A stretch of 64,000 nt of DNA, taken from assembly GCA_965287045.1 (NCBI GenBank), contig OZ336882.1, positions 20,336,001 through 20,400,000 on the forward strand, in the 5' to 3' direction. The notes beneath the pieces are model-generated. The model was not told the origin of the DNA, did not search any database, and worked only from the letters and a program-made list of their open reading frames with translations. Shown one piece after another: positions 11,505 to 24,790 of this stretch. The DNA comes from Carcharhinus amblyrhynchos. Its lineage: Eukaryota. Every line of letters begins with the position of its first letter. Position 1 is the first letter of the stretch. The position numbers and the translations under genes are program-made.

Positions 11505-12458
11505 CTAATTTATATAAAGCTTTTCACAACTTCAGGTCATTCCAAAGTACTTTGCAACCAATGAAGTACTTTTGAAAAGTAACCACTGTTTGTTGCAACA
11601 TTAGAAACAATGGGATAGGGTTCAGACGTAGCTCGGCACAACATTGAGGGCCGAAGGGCCTGTACTGTTCTATGTTTCTATGAAACATGGCAGCCAATTT
11701 ACACACAAGCTCCCACAATTAACAATGTGAAATGTTTGTGGAGGAGTAGGGGAGCAGAACCAGCACAGACACAATTGAACAAATGGCCTCTTTTTGGACT
11801 GTATGATTCTACAGATGCACATTGAACACAAAACTGGAAGGAACTTTAATCATGGTGCACCAAAGCCCATCAGAAATTTCTTTGTGGTCTCAAAGAATAA
11901 AGAAGACGCGACATGGTAGGTAATTTCATTTTTTCCATTCATTCTGGATCCTACCAGGACTCTGACAAATTAGTAGTTCCAAGAGGAAAACAGGTTGAAA
12001 TCTTTCAATTAAAGCAAGGCAGCCGAATTCAAAACAGATCTAAAAGCAATTACATTCCACAAAGAACCTAAGTTATAATATTTGATCAAACGTATTGCAA
12101 ATTCCTTGACGCATGATTGCAACAGTTATACCAGGATTAAAAACAATAATACACTTCAGAGCTGATGCTTCTGGAGTTTGTGGGACCAGAAGGAGGGACT
12201 CTTTTTCATCTCAGACAGATGGGTGCAGGTGCCAATTCAAATGCATCCCTTCCTGTCACAGCTGAATAGCTACAGATCAGTAGAAGTACTGTGCAACGGG
12301 TTTGATACTGGTAATATTGGTATGCGTACGTGGGTGAAGGTTAGGCATGCATCGTGAGAGTCAGGGACTGGTGCTGACTGAGTGATGTGGATTGGTGCGT
12401 TCAGCTGTGTGGGAGTTTGGTGATGAAATGTTCATAAGGTGTAAAATAAAGAAGCATT

Positions 12459-12560
12459 CACTCACCTTGTCTGCACAATGAGATCATTAAACTTTTTCTG
12501 GCACTCTGCCATGTTTTTGAGCCCAGTCATCCACCTCACTAACCATGTGTTCCCAACTCC
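12459..12560 (-). pseudogene. Decayed Myb/SANT-like exon of a Harbinger-type transposon
   Basis: Minus strand reads W...TWQ/CQKKFNDL (one frameshift), followed by donor GTGAGT. Confidence 0.5.
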
Positions 12561-13409
12561 TTTGTTGTATCACCATTGAGGACATCAACCTAAAGAAACA
12601 CAGGGCGGTATTTAACGGAAGCAATGCCTGCTGGCTAGGGAGTTAGTGGGAGCCGTCATGTTGCTTCTTTTAGGAAAATTCTTCTATGCATCACTCAGGT
12701 ATTGAACTGGGCAGAGAAGGGGTTTTCCTAGGCATATGGAACCCTGGGGTCCACCTGTCACAGCTGCCAACAGCTGCCTGCTCCATTGAACAACAGTGTC
12801 ACTGGGAGGTGATAGCTGCTGCTGGTATAGTATGCACCAAAGGCCTAGTATACTCACTGTTTCCCATCAGAAGCAGGTGTCGTAGGGTGAAGGTCACAGG
12901 CAGCGGACTGAGATTGGTAGCAAGGGAAGGGGGGAAAGTTGGTGGGTCTCAATGCCCTCCCTCTCACCTCCACTTCCCAGTGCCATCAAACTTAGGCTGG
13001 GGGAAAGATATTAAATCCTACCCAGTAACTCTCTCCTGGACTCCACATTTGTTACCAATGCTTCCAAGGCAGTGTCGCTGAATATGGGCTTGATGGTCCA
13101 TTCCCCTACACCTGTAGAAGCCCATGCTCATTGACCAGCAGTTTCACCAACCTTTTGTAAATCTCCTGAGTACAAACCTCACAATCAAGACCATGTGGTC
13201 TGTGAAATAAAAGCAATTATTTGATTTTTGTTTGCATTTAGAAGTGTAATTCTTGTCAGAAAAAAAATCAGCATGAGATCAAAACTGGGAGACATTTCAA
13301 CCTTTAAAAGACTAATAGTAGGAAAATCTATCACAAGTGCTAATAATGCTGGAGAGTCAATAATGCCATCAATTTGGCTCTCTTTTTGCTCAGAAGGAGA
13401 TATTAAGCC

Positions 13410-13790
13410 ATAATGACCAGAAGCTTTGCCAAAGGCTTAGCTTTTAAAGAGTGTTCAAAAGGCAGAAAGTGAGCTAGAGAGGTGGTGAGTTGTAGGGAGG
13501 GTATTCCAGAGCTTGGGACCTGGAAGATGGTGCAGGGATCAAAATCAGAGATGTATATAAGGCTAGAATTGGAGCGCAGACCTCGGCAATATCAAGATAT
13601 TGATTGACCAGGAGTCAATGTGATCAGGAAGTGGAACTAATATAAGTTAAGACATGAGCTGCAAAGCTTTGGATGTTCTCAAAGTTCCAGAGGAAAGAAT
13701 GTAAGAGTCAGCCGGAAATGTGTTGGAATAGTCAAGTTCAGATCTAAGAAGGACATGAGCGATGGTTTCTGCAGCAGCTGAGCTTAGATA
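13410..13790 (-). mobile_element. L2 LINE 3' fragment
   Basis: GGGAGGGTATTCCAGAGCTTGGGACC and TTGGAATAGTCAAGT (reverse complement LDYSN) are typical antisense L2 3' sequence. Confidence 0.55.
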
Positions 13791-13794
13791 AAGA

Positions 13795-14130
13795 TGAAAC
13801 ACAAACAGAAAATGCTGGAGAATCTTAACAGGTCTGACAGCATCTGTGGAGAGAGAATATAGCTATAATTTTGAGTCTAGGTGGCTCTTCGTCAGGGTTG
13901 AAGATAAAGAGAATAGGATGAGATTTGTACTGTAAAGGTCAGGGGGGAGGGCGTAGTTGACAAAGATACCCTAAACAAAAAGACAAAGGGAATGTAAATG
14001 GCGGCAATAAAGACTAAGAATAGTACTAATAACAGTTCATTAAGAGATTGGAATATGTAAATGGAAGAACGTCAAGGGATAACTTGAGGCATGTGACAGA
14101 TGGCCCCAGTTGGGTGGGGGGAGGAGGGGA
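13795..14130 (-). mobile_element. Penelope-like element terminal region with decayed hammerhead-like core
   Basis: AATGCTGGAGAATCT...CAGCATCTGTGGAGAGAG; minus strand reads CTGACGA-AGAG...CTC-AAAA at 13868-13896. Confidence 0.6.
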
Positions 14131-14999
14131 AAAAGATGGAAAACAAGATTTTTAAGAAGTGGACAAATGAAAGAAGTTGTTTCCAAGAGGCCTTCCTCAC
14201 ACAGCCAAATCTCAAATCAGCTCAATATCTCTCCTCACATATCCTTTTCCCTTTTCATTTTCAGTTCGCTTGTTCTCAGCACTTCTTTGAATTTAACTTT
14301 TTCAGAGTATAAAATCTTCCTTGTTTCTATTTTGTCTCTGTTTTTGGGTCAATAAAATCTTCTGTTTACCTATAGAACTCCTGGAAGAAAGTAAATGTTC
14401 TTTGTCACTTTCTGATATTGAAAGAAACTTTCAACTTATCGAAAAATGCAAATGTTAGACCCAACTTATTTACTCGTATTTCAAACCTACCATAATATCT
14501 CATTACAAATATAAAAAGTAATACCCCAATCCTTTCATTTCTTAAACCTTCCAAACAACCTGACTCCAGTAACATTTCCCCAGTTTAATTACGTCATTTA
14601 CACACACAGGCACAAAATCCTCTTCACAGAGTAACACAATATTCCCCAAATATGTTTTTAAAAGTAACATCCATTTTTTATGGATGTTATCCATTTCAAA
14701 GTAACATTTGAAATGTTCTCCCGAGGCGGGTGTACTGAATCTGACATTTCCCAACTACCTCTACCCACCTTAAAGAGGAAATCCGGTGTATAATAGTTCA
14801 TTTTCACTGCAATTACAGCAACATAATGGTATTCAATACAATTCAATGCTGAGGCAGACAGGAGGATGCTATTTTCATTAAGATAATGACAGACTGGCAC
14901 AACACAAATAGATAGCTATATTGTGTCCCTTAACACTAAAATTATCCCTTGGCATTTCACAAGTACACCGATGGAAAACAGATACCAAACTCGGAAAGA

Positions 15000-15205
15000 C
15001 TTGTTATTCAGCCGACCTACACTGCACTACGTATCTGTACTTATCCTTTGACACTCTACCTGTTAGTATCAGGCTATTGCCACTCTGCCAATATATTCTG
15101 TGCCTCTGCACCTCACTCCACCACACCTGACAAAGGAGCAGAGCTCCAAAAGCTTGTGATTTCAAATAAACTTGTTGGACCATAACGTGGTGTAATGTGA
15201 CCTCT
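15000..15205 (+). mobile_element. Penelope-like terminal fragment (second family)
   Basis: CCTGACAAAGGAGCAGAGCTCCAAAAGCTTGTGATTTCAAATAAACTTGTTGGAC; same family as 26451-26576. Confidence 0.6.
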
Positions 15206-15449
15206 CAAGCTAGGAAAGAATTCATTGTGTGAGGTTTCCCGCATGCCCCCATGATGTGTTTTGCGGCAGTGGAGCTGGCCTGCCATTTGTTGTTCAGGTC
15301 AGAAATTCCAAAGTGTTTTATGAAGTCTGCCTGGATCATAAGTTTTTGCACTTTGAATTTGACTAGGGTGAGCATGATATGTTTCACTTCAGGTATGATT
15401 CAAATGACCCATGGGGGAGCTTTCATCAAACAAATTTTATTTAAGAATA

Positions 15450-15952
15450 TAATTAACATGTGTAGTAAGAAAATTACCAATAGTGTTCATCAATTACAGA
15501 CAAAAACAATAATTCATTACCCTTAATAAATATGTCTAAGATGTTCCAATGAGACAAAAACTTCCCATAGCCAAAAAAAAGCTTTTCCACATGTTTAACA
15601 CAGCAAAAACAATGCTTAGTTGAGACTGGAACTGAGTCCTTTGGTTGGAGAATTGAAAATCCTGACTTCTCAGCCTTGTCACTTCTAGCTGTCCTCTGGA
15701 CACAATCAGAACAGTTTGAAGTCAGAACAACTTCCCAGAACGCCAAGGAGAGACTCTGGTCAAGCTTTGCTTTCAGCAAACCAGCAGAATTTCCAAAACC
15801 AGGGAGAGAAAGAGACACTTCTTTTCAGCTTAAGGTTCCTTCTAAAACTATAAATGGCACCCAGCCAAAACAGAAAATGAAACCTTAAATTCACTAGGAA
15901 AAAAAAACTGCCCAAAACACATGACCTTCCTCCGAACAATGCAGGGTCATAA
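15450..15952 (-). mobile_element. Possible solo LTR (Gypsy-type)
   Basis: Minus strand starts TTTTATGACCCTGC, similar to the TGTTATGACC-type terminus at 19931; LTR-like composition. Confidence 0.3.
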
Positions 15953-16584
15953 AAGATCCCAGAGTAAAAATAAGAATAAACAACCCCATTTAAACCAGTG
16001 AGGGAGCAGTAAAAAGAGTTCTAGCGGACCGCTTGGCAGCAAAGAAACAAAAACAGCTTAAAACTGCAGAGAACGTGGTTTAAAAGAAAATTCTTAAAGG
16101 TACACTAATGTCACAGTTAGCAGAGGGATCTTCTGGTGCTGCCACTATCAGCAGTGTTTCCTGTTGTATGCACCCTCACTTCCAGAAAACCCATGGTGGG
16201 GGGGTGTTCGGTCTTAGGATGACTGGGAAGATCCCACCAGTAGGGACAGGCAGAAAATTTTGGCCATTGTTTAGATTTACACATATACAAAGAATAGGTT
16301 TGGAAGGTATACAACTTGAGCCAGCACTTGTGGGATTTTACTGTAAAAGGAGGAGCTTCAAAAGAAAAATGCAAAAAAAGGGGTAAGGAAGGAAAAAAGA
16401 ATTGATTTGTTGTAACCCCAAGGGTAACAACAGGTATGTATGCATGCTAGGTGTGATAAAAAGAAAATACTTTCAACGTATGAAAGATGGTATCAAGTAT
16501 CAACATCAGTCAAAATGGATGCCTTTGTGTTTGTTTTTTAAAGGAACATTAACCCTCAAACTTCTTGTAAATCGGAGTTACATA

Positions 16585-16990
16585 ATTTCATAGAATCATG
16601 GAATGCCTACAGTAAAGGAGGCCATTTAGCCCATCAAGTCTGCACCAACCACAATCCCACCCAGGCCCTATCCCCATAACCCTACTTATTTACCTTGCAA
16701 GACTCCTTGACACCAAGGGGCAATTTACTATGGCAAATCAACCTAACCCGTGGGATTACGGGGATAGGGAATGGATGGGATTTTTGTCAGTGCCGAGTGA
16801 TCTCCTTCTACACTGAAGGGATTCTATGATCTTTGAAGTGTGGGAGGAAAGTAGAGCACTCGGTAGAAACCCACACAGACACCATGGGGAAAATGCAAAC
16901 TCCACACAGATAGTCACTCAAAACTGAGATTGAACCCAGGTCCCTGGCACTGTGAGGCAGCAGTGCTAACCACTGTGCCAATGTGCTGTC
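16585..16990 (-). mobile_element. HE1/V-SINE-type SINE with CR1-type tail and a short inverted tail fragment inside (about 16750-16830)
   Basis: Tail CATAGAATCATGGAATG; head GCAGCAGTGCTAACCACTGTGCCA. Confidence 0.8.
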
Positions 16991-17479
16991 TAATTTGTCT
17001 CAAACCATTCAATTACATATACAATAATTGACTATGAAAGAAGGAGCATAATATATGAATAAACATTCAAATTGGTGGTAATAACTAATACTTTGTTTGA
17101 ATTTTGGATCCTTTAAATATCCTTGTCAAATAATACAAAAGCAGTACAAGCATTGTAATTGCTACAGTGTTCTTACTCATGTCAGAGGGCCATCTAGTGT
17201 TTGGTTAACATGCAAACATCATATACATAAGATATGCACTTCTCAAATTTAGTTTGCTCAGACTGTTTCCACAATATAATTATAGATGATTGGAAAGTAG
17301 AATAACAACTCTCTGAAAGGATGTCACAAATAATGATGGAAGAGTTCAGATGGTGTTTTGTTTCAATAGTGTATTCCATTTGCTCAATTATTTTCCTCCT
17401 TTTCTCTCTGTTCCCTGTGTCAACTTCTCAATGAGAGGTTAGTTGGGCAATCTGCTTCAAGATCTCTACAAACTTCGTC

Positions 17480-17865
17480 CCTTCTCCCTGGAGAGACGAA
17501 GATTGAGAGATGACCTGATTGAGGTTTATAAAATGTTGAGAGGTATAGATAGGGTGGATTCTCGGAGGCTATTTCCCAGAGCTGAAATGGTCACTATGAG
17601 AGGACACAGGTTTAAGGTGCTGGGGAGCAGGTACAGAGGAGATGTCAGGGGTAAGTTTTTCACTCAGAGGGTGGCGGGTGCGTGGAATCGGCTGCCGTTG
17701 GTGGTGGTAGAGGCGATCTTGCTGGGGTCTTTTAAGAGACTTCTGAATGAGTACATGGGATTTAATGGGATTGAGAGTTATAGGTTGGCCCGGTAGATAT
17801 GGATATGATCGGTGCAACTTGTGGGCCAAAGGGCCTGTTTGTGCTGCAGTGTTCTATGTTCTAAC
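17480..17865 (+). mobile_element. Relatively young CR1 3' fragment
   Basis: ORF FSLERRRLRDDLIEVYK...FFTQRVAGAWNRLP; tail GTTCTATGTTCTA. Confidence 0.88.
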
Positions 17866-18306
17866 TTCGAGCAGCTGCAGACAATAGACTGCCAAGCAAT
17901 AAATGCTGGCCAGCCAGCGATGCCCATGTCTCAGAATGAGAAAAAAGTCCATTAGGCGACAAAATGATATCATACGGGTTTGCGGTCGCAAACACAATCG
18001 GCTAATGATTTTAGACATCAAAAAATGCCAGATAAGGTGAGGAGCTTGCCAACTAGAAAGAGAAAAATGGAGGCGTCTGCAATTAAGAGTTGGCTTCTTA
18101 AATCTCAATTGGAGTTTTTTATCTGACGTAATTTGGGAGCATATTCGCCTCACTGCCTTTGGGTGATGAATGTTTTATGCCATCGGGCGATTGAGAAGCA
18201 AAAAGGATCATGCTACCTAACTGTTGAGTTGATCGTTGATACCATTTGATGCTATTTGACATATGCTCGGTAAAACAAGTACGCAGTTAATTGTAAAGAA
18301 ATTACA

Positions 18307-19180
18307 GGGAAGGATCTTGAGTCCACTCTCACCGTCCGTGAAATTGCTGGTGTGGGCTCAAGATGTGACAAAACCCAGAAGTCATGGACCGCGTCGGCGC
18401 TGATGGGCATGAACTTGATTTAAATATATTTTAACATAATTAACATGTGCGCCCCCCCCACCACCAAATATCACCCCCCCCCCAACCATAGTGTCACACC
18501 ATGCCAACAGAGGTGCATCCAAATATGAACCTGTTGCGAGGATCCTCCCCAAAGGCATAAAAGTGAGTATCGTTCCCCGGGGGAAAGGGACATGGCCAGT
18601 CAGCACTCTGGCAGTGCCAACCTGTGCCAGGACCAGTACCAGAGGTAGACCCTAATTGATGCCTTATGAAGTGGGGTGGTGGTATTTGTTTGTACATGGT
18701 GGCAATTGGGAGTGGGTATGGGAGCTAGGGATGCCAGCAATGGCCATTTGGCAGGGGGACAGGATATTGGGTGCAATCAGTTGGGGGAATCGGTGGGGAA
18801 GAGGCCCAATGTTTGGGGTGAAGAGGGGATGCTGACACTAATTGTTAGAGGTGGAAGAGAGAAGTGCAGACTCCCATCAGGATTGGGGGGTAACCCCTAA
18901 GATGTCTGTGGTGGGCAGGGGAGGGAGGATTATTCATGTTCTGATCAGTACACCCTTTAAACATGGCACCCCAAGATCAGTGCAGCCTGACTTTGCCAGC
19001 GAGTTTAGGCCCCTCCCCCACCCACCCTTTCTGTGTAACATCATGAAACTTGCCCAGCTGTTTTGCTTTGGCAGAATGTGTTAAGATCTGAAGAGAAAAT
19101 TGACCTGTTTCTCTGGACAGAGACACTCAGTTTTTCTTGCCGGAACCAACACTCCGCCAGATTCTAGTAAGATTGGCTCC
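18307..19180. mobile_element. Harbinger/PHIS-like non-autonomous element
   Basis: Imperfect TIRs GGGAAGGATCTT / AAGATTGGCTCC; flanks ACA/ATA; G-run-rich interior like 10473 and 25295. Confidence 0.45.
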
Positions 19181-19930
19181 ATAATTTTCTATATGTGTTA
19201 GCCTGTTCCGAAGTGTTAACCAATAACATTACCTTGTCATCAGAAATATAAGTTTATGTTATTCTCGGTGGTTTGTAATAACAAAGCTTGCAATAATGAC
19301 ACTCCATTGTATTAACATAGCAACTACAATGTCAGCTTGGATATAAATTGTAAGTGTTCTTAAACCAGCAATTTGCAGTCATCAGGTTTTCTGAACATAC
19401 AATTATTTGGTATTAGTCTGTCATTGCCAGGTAAGAAGCTGTAATTTCCTGCCTTAGGGTAGTAGTTGTTATTAATAGTATAAATAGATAATTTAAAGGG
19501 CAGAACAAAACAGCAGACGAATTCTCAAAGGTAATTTTGAGATCATTGTAATTTCCATAATTAGTGGAAATTTACTATCTGTCTAATACTTGTTGGTCAC
19601 TTATTAAAATGGCATGATAGAGAATATTTGCTGCATAACCATCTAAATATCATAACACTGCTTTCATCCTTCGCAATGTTCACTTCTTTTGTTTCAATTA
19701 ACATTTGCAAAAATGCCTGAAAGTTTCTAATTAGTGATGAAACTGGAATAACTGAAAGGATAGAACTTACACAATAACAGCTGCATGATTAATGTGTAAT
19801 TCTTAAGGTGAATTTTAGCATGCATTTTTGTGTTAAGGAAGGTAGAGTGGTCCTAATTTGCACTTAGATATGATATGAGCCTTGGTGCTTAGAATTCTGG
19901 ATGGACCTGGGGCTGAAGGGTTTAATAAGG

Positions 19931-20621
19931 TTTTATAACCCCCGAAGTTAAAGAGGTGGCGAATAAAAGGGTAGAATTTAGTGACTTTGGAAAAGAAAAC
20001 AGTTGAAAAAACTGGGTTGTTGCCTAGTGATGGTGGTCAAGTGACACAGATACACAGAGGAAAACAGTCCAGCCTGTGTGTATCAGAGAGTGAAGGCATG
20101 GATTTTCAGTTCTCTGAGATAAGAAATACTTCAAGGCTGCAGGAAGACTGAGTTGAGGGAACTCCTGTATTTGCTCTGTAGTTAAAGCAATAGCAAGTTT
20201 AGAGTGTGGCTGAATGTGTCTCAGGGGGAGAATGGAGTTGGGTGACAAGCATCAACTAAATGCTCAAGAATTCTGTTTGCGTATCTGCCAGTCCCAGTCA
20301 AAGGAACCTTTGTGTCAACCTAATGTTAACACTTCACTTGTTCACGTGTCTGTAAAAATATTGCTAGGTAAAGAAATATTGGAAAATTGAATCAGCTTCT
20401 TGTGTTTGTACTGAATTTTTTCCAACCTTTTTGTTTAGTGTAATATTGTTCTTGTTTTAATAAATATTTAATTATTTGTTTTAAAAATTCATCAGCAGGT
20501 TCTTGTGAATTTGTTCAGTAACATTCCTCCACAGTTTATTTACAGAAAGTTAGAATCTACCAAGCCAAGTTTTAGTCTGGGACCTGACTTCTCTGATAGT
20601 AACATCAACTAGGATTCTAAC
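19931..20621 (+). mobile_element. Probable solo LTR
   Basis: Decayed termini TTTTATAACCCC ... GGATTCTAAC; AATAAA near 20459; the 3' part (TCTGGGA...AACATCAAC) resembles 59135-59170. Confidence 0.45.
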
Positions 20622-20739
20622 GGAACTTGCAGTTCAATAGCACATTTAATGTAGTAAAACATTTCAAGATGCATCATTGGAATATTATCAAGTTAAATTG
20701 GTCAATAAAATGAAATCTAGCCAAATAAGGATGAAGATA

Positions 20740-21840
20740 CTAATTAGGACCCCGAGTGGGCAATTTATTCCCTTGAGCCTGCTCCAACATTTGAAAAGAT
20801 CATGGCTAATTGTGGCCTCAACTCTACCTACCTGTTTATCCCCATATACTTTGATTCACTCGTCAATCAAGAATCCAACTAATCCAACTCAGCCTAAAAA
20901 AATTCAATAACCCTGCCTCCGCTGTTCTCTGAGGGAAGAGAATTCCATTGACTTATGATCCTTTGAGACAAAAATAATTCTCCTAATCTCTGTCTTAAAT
21001 GGGAGACCTCTTGTTTTTTAAACTGTGCTTCCTTGTTTTGGCACCCATAAGGGGAAATATCCTTTCAGCATCGACCCTGTCAGGTCCTCTCAGGATCTTA
21101 TATGTTTCAATACGATCACCTCTCATTCTTTTAAACTCCAGTGGCACAATTCCAACCTACCCAACCTTTCCTCATAAGAAAGCACTTTCATCCCAAAAAT
21201 CAGTTGAGTGAATCTCTCTGCACTGCTTCTAATGTAATAATTTCCTTTCTTAAATAAGGAGATGAAAACTATACTCAGTACTCCAGATGCAAGCTCACCA
21301 ACACTCTCCACAACTGTAGCAAAGTATCCCTACTTTTATGTTCCATTCCCTTTTCAATAAACAACAACAACATTGAGTTTGCCTTCCTAATCACTTTCTG
21401 TACCTGCACACTAACATTTTGTGATTCATGTACCAGGTCCCTCTGCACTGAAGAGTTTTGCAATCTAACTCTATTTAAATCATACATTGCTTTTTGATTC
21501 TTCCTGTCAAATGGGTCAGTTCACTATTTCCATGTTATACTCTATCTGCCAGATTTAACCAATCTATATCTCATTACAGAATCCATATGTCTTCTTCACA
21601 AGCACTCTCCTGTCTATCTTTGTGCCATCAGCAAATTTAGTAACCATACATTCAGTCTCTTTATCCAAATCATTGATATTGAGTGTAAATAGTTGACATC
21701 CCTGCACTGCAGTTGTGTTACATCTTGCCAACCCCAAAATAAATCATTTATCCCTACTCTGAGCTTCCTGTTAGCTAACCAATCCTCTATCCATTTTAGC
21801 CCTTAGATCATGAGAGCTCTTACTTTGTGTGGTAACTTAA
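20740..21840 (-). mobile_element. CR1 LINE RT and 3' fragment
   Basis: Minus-strand ORFs QRDLVHESQNVSVQVQKVIRKAN...HLEY and LSYEERLGRL. Confidence 0.8.
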
Positions 21841-21914
21841 ATCCAAGCATGCCACACTTAGCTGGTCTCCATGTTTCTTCTTGTTCCTTCCACAAATAAC
21901 CCTATGTCACTCTA

Positions 21915-22240
21915 TGGGTGGCACAGTGGCACAATTGTTAGCACTGCTGCCTCACAGCACCAGGGACCTGGGTTCAATTCCAGTCTCAGGTCACTATCTG
22001 TGTGGAATTTTCACTTTCTCCCCGTGTCTGCGTGGGTTTCCTTCGGGTGCTCCAGTTGCCTCCCACAGTCCAAAGATGTGTGGGTTTGGTTGATTGGCCG
22101 TTCTAAGTTGAGCCTAATGTCAGGGGGATTAGCAGAATAAATGAGGGTTATGGGAAAGGGCCTGGGTGGGATTGTGTTTGGTACAGACTTGATGGGCAAA
22201 ATGGCCCCCTTCCGTACTATAGAAATTCTACAATTCTAAC
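21915..22240 (+). mobile_element. HE1/V-SINE-type SINE with CR1-type tail
   Basis: GGGTGGCACAGTGGCACAATTGTTAGCACTGCTGCCTCACAGC...GGTTCAATTCC (A/B boxes); tail ATTCTACAATTCTA. Confidence 0.88.
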
Positions 22241-22419
22241 TGTGCCTGGTTGCATAAATACATTCAAAGTGCCCTGTTACAACTTCCTTAATAATAGATT
22301 CTAGCAATTTCCCAATGACAGATATTTGGCTAACTGCTTTCTATCTCTTCCTTTTCCTGCTATTTTCCAAATGATGAGTCCTTTCCAGAATCAAACAATT
22401 TTTGATGTGATTTATTGCG

Positions 22420-22670
22420 CCTTGAACTGAGTGGCTTACTCAGCTTTCTCAGAAGGCATTTAAGGGTCAAACTCATTTCTCTGGATCTGGCATCGCATCT
22501 AAGCCAGACCAGGTTAGGACAGCAAGGCAGATGAATTTTTATTATAGTGGTCATCATTACATTTTCTGATTTCACCACCTGCCATGGTAGGATTTGAATC
22601 TAGGTCCCAAGAGAATTATCCTGGGTTTTTGAATCACTAGTCCAGTGACAATACCACTATGCCACATTTC
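22420..22670 (-). mobile_element. SacSINE1-like SINE (decayed)
   Basis: CACTAGTCCAGTGACAATACCACTATGCCAC head; GCCAGACCAGGTTAGGACAGC core. Confidence 0.6.
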
Positions 22671-22704
22671 ATCATTGCATCTGTTAAATGTAATTTATGG
22701 TTGT

Positions 22705-23565
22705 TTTAGAGTTATAGAGGTTTACAGTATGGAATCAAGCCCTTCGGCCCAACTTGTCCATGCCGCCCTTTTATTTAGAAACAATCCCAAATGCCTGCAT
22801 TTGGCCTATATACCCATCTTATCCATGTAACTGTCTAAATATTTTTTAAAAGACAAAATTGTACCTGCTTATATTACTACTACTAGCATCTTATTCCAGA
22901 TACTTACCACCCTTTGTGTGAAAAAATTGCTCCTCTGGACACTTTTGTATCTCTCCTCTTTCACCTTAAACCTATGCCCTGTAATTTTAGACTCCCCTAC
23001 CGTTGGGAAAAGATATTGACTATCTTGCTGATCTGTGCCCCTCATTATTTTATAGACCTCTATAAGAACGCCCCTCAGTCTACTACGCTCCAGAGAAAAA
23101 AATGCCAGTCTATCCAGCCTCTTGTAACTCAAATCATCAATTCCTGGTAGCATCCTAGTAAATCTTTTCTGCACTCTTTCTAGTTTAATAATATCCTTTC
23201 TAAAATAGGCGACCAGAACTGTACATAATATTCCAAGTGTGGCCTTACCAATGTCTTGTACAACTTCAACAATACATTCCAACTCCTGTATTCAATATTC
23301 TGACCAAAATAACTAAGCATGCTGAATGTCTTCTTCACCACTCTGTCCACCAGTGACTCCATTTTCAAGGAGCTATGAAGATGTACCCCGGGATCTGTTT
23401 GTTCTGTAACTCTCCCCAACGCCCTATCATTAACTAAGTCCTGCCCTGATTCAATCTACCAAAATGCATCACCTCGCATTTGTTTAAATTAAACACCATC
23501 TGCCATTCATCAGTCCACTGGCCCAATTGATCAAGGTCCCATTGCAATCAGAGATAACTTTCTTC
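22705..23565 (-). mobile_element. CR1 LINE 3' portion
   Basis: LYKTLVRPHLEYYVQFWSP, RVQKRFTRMLPG, NFFTQRVVSIWN. Confidence 0.88.
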
Positions 23566-23569
23566 ATGA

Positions 23570-24790
23570 AGAAAATCAGTGCAAGGACTGTGGCAAAATG
23601 GGTCACATTTTAAAAGCTTGATCAGCTAAATCAGATTCCCTGAGAAGAATACTCAGAAGAAGAATCTGGGTACTTTCAAGAAGAAGAACAAGTTGCATTC
23701 TACAAAAATAATTTACAACATGGAAGAAAAGAAGTATATCTGTGAAGAAAAGTCTAAAAAGATGATGAAGAGCTACAATCTAATGTCTTATCCACACAGG
23801 ATGAATCACACAGATTCTGGATGATTCTGAAGTTAAGTGGACAACCGATAAGGATAAAGGCTGATATATGTGCTGCTGTATCTTTCATTTCTGAGTCGAC
23901 CTACCAAAAAAAGCTGAAGCATCTTCCTTTAAAACCAGCTGATGTGATTTTAAGGATGTATGTGAAAGAAAAAAAAAGCTAACATCATTGTCAATATAGA
24001 GTTGAATGGACAAACAGCGGTGTTGCCTCTTTATGTGGTCTGTGGTAATTGTTCAGCTTTGTTTGACAGATCATGCTTAGAGAAATCAAAACTTAACTGG
24101 AGTGCTGTGGACATATTAAAGGTTATTTATTAGTGTCACAAGTAGGCTTACCTTAACATTGCAAAGATGTTACTGTGAAAATCCTGGCGCATGTTTGGGT
24201 ACACAGAAGGAAAATTTAGCATGGCCAATGCACCTAACCAGCACATGTGGGAGGAACTGGAGCGCACCGAGGAAATTCATGCAGATACGGGGAGAATGTG
24301 CAGACTCTGCACAGACAGTGACTCAAGCCGGGAATCAAACTCTGGTGCTATGAGGCAGCAACGTTAACCATTGTGCCACGGTGTTTTGATGCCGAAACAG
24401 GCCTACAGCAACTTCTGGATAAATACAAGAATGTATTTGAAGAGACACTGGGCTCAATGAAAGGAGTTCAAATGAAACTCAAGCTAAAGCCTAATAGCCA
24501 ACCAAAAATTCTCAAAGGAAGAGCTGTGCCATATGCAATTCATCCCAGTGTTGAAGAAGAATTAGTGCGACTTGGTGAGTTAGAACTGGTTGCAATGAGT
24601 AGTTGGGCTACCCCCATTGTCATGAAACCAAATGGTTCTGTTTGTATTTGTGGTGATTTTAAATCAGCCATAAATCCAGTAATGTGTGCTGATCAATATC
24701 TGCTTCCTTTTATTGAAGATTTGTTTGCTGGGTTATCAGGTGGGCAGAAATTCAGCAAGATTGATCCTTCACAAGAGTATTTACTGATTA
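23570..24790 (+). mobile_element. Decayed Gypsy/Ty3 LTR retrotransposon gag-pol fragment
   Basis: Zinc knuckle CKDCGKMGH at about 23580; decayed protease D(T)(G)AAVS at about 23862; RT N-terminus WATPIV.KPNGSVCICGDFK.AINP and LFAGLSGGQKFSKID in ORF 24373..24816. Confidence 0.85.
24118..24381 (-). mobile_element. V-SINE-type SINE (AATAAATAA tail type) nested in the Gypsy element
   Basis: TTATTTATTAGTGTCACAAGTAGGCTTAC tail; head ACCATTGTGCCACGG. Confidence 0.8.

Noticed and set aside
21915-21990. tRNA-like A/B boxes as a tRNA gene (also at 27249 and other SINE heads)
   Set aside because: They continue directly into SINE core and tail, and occur in many diverged copies
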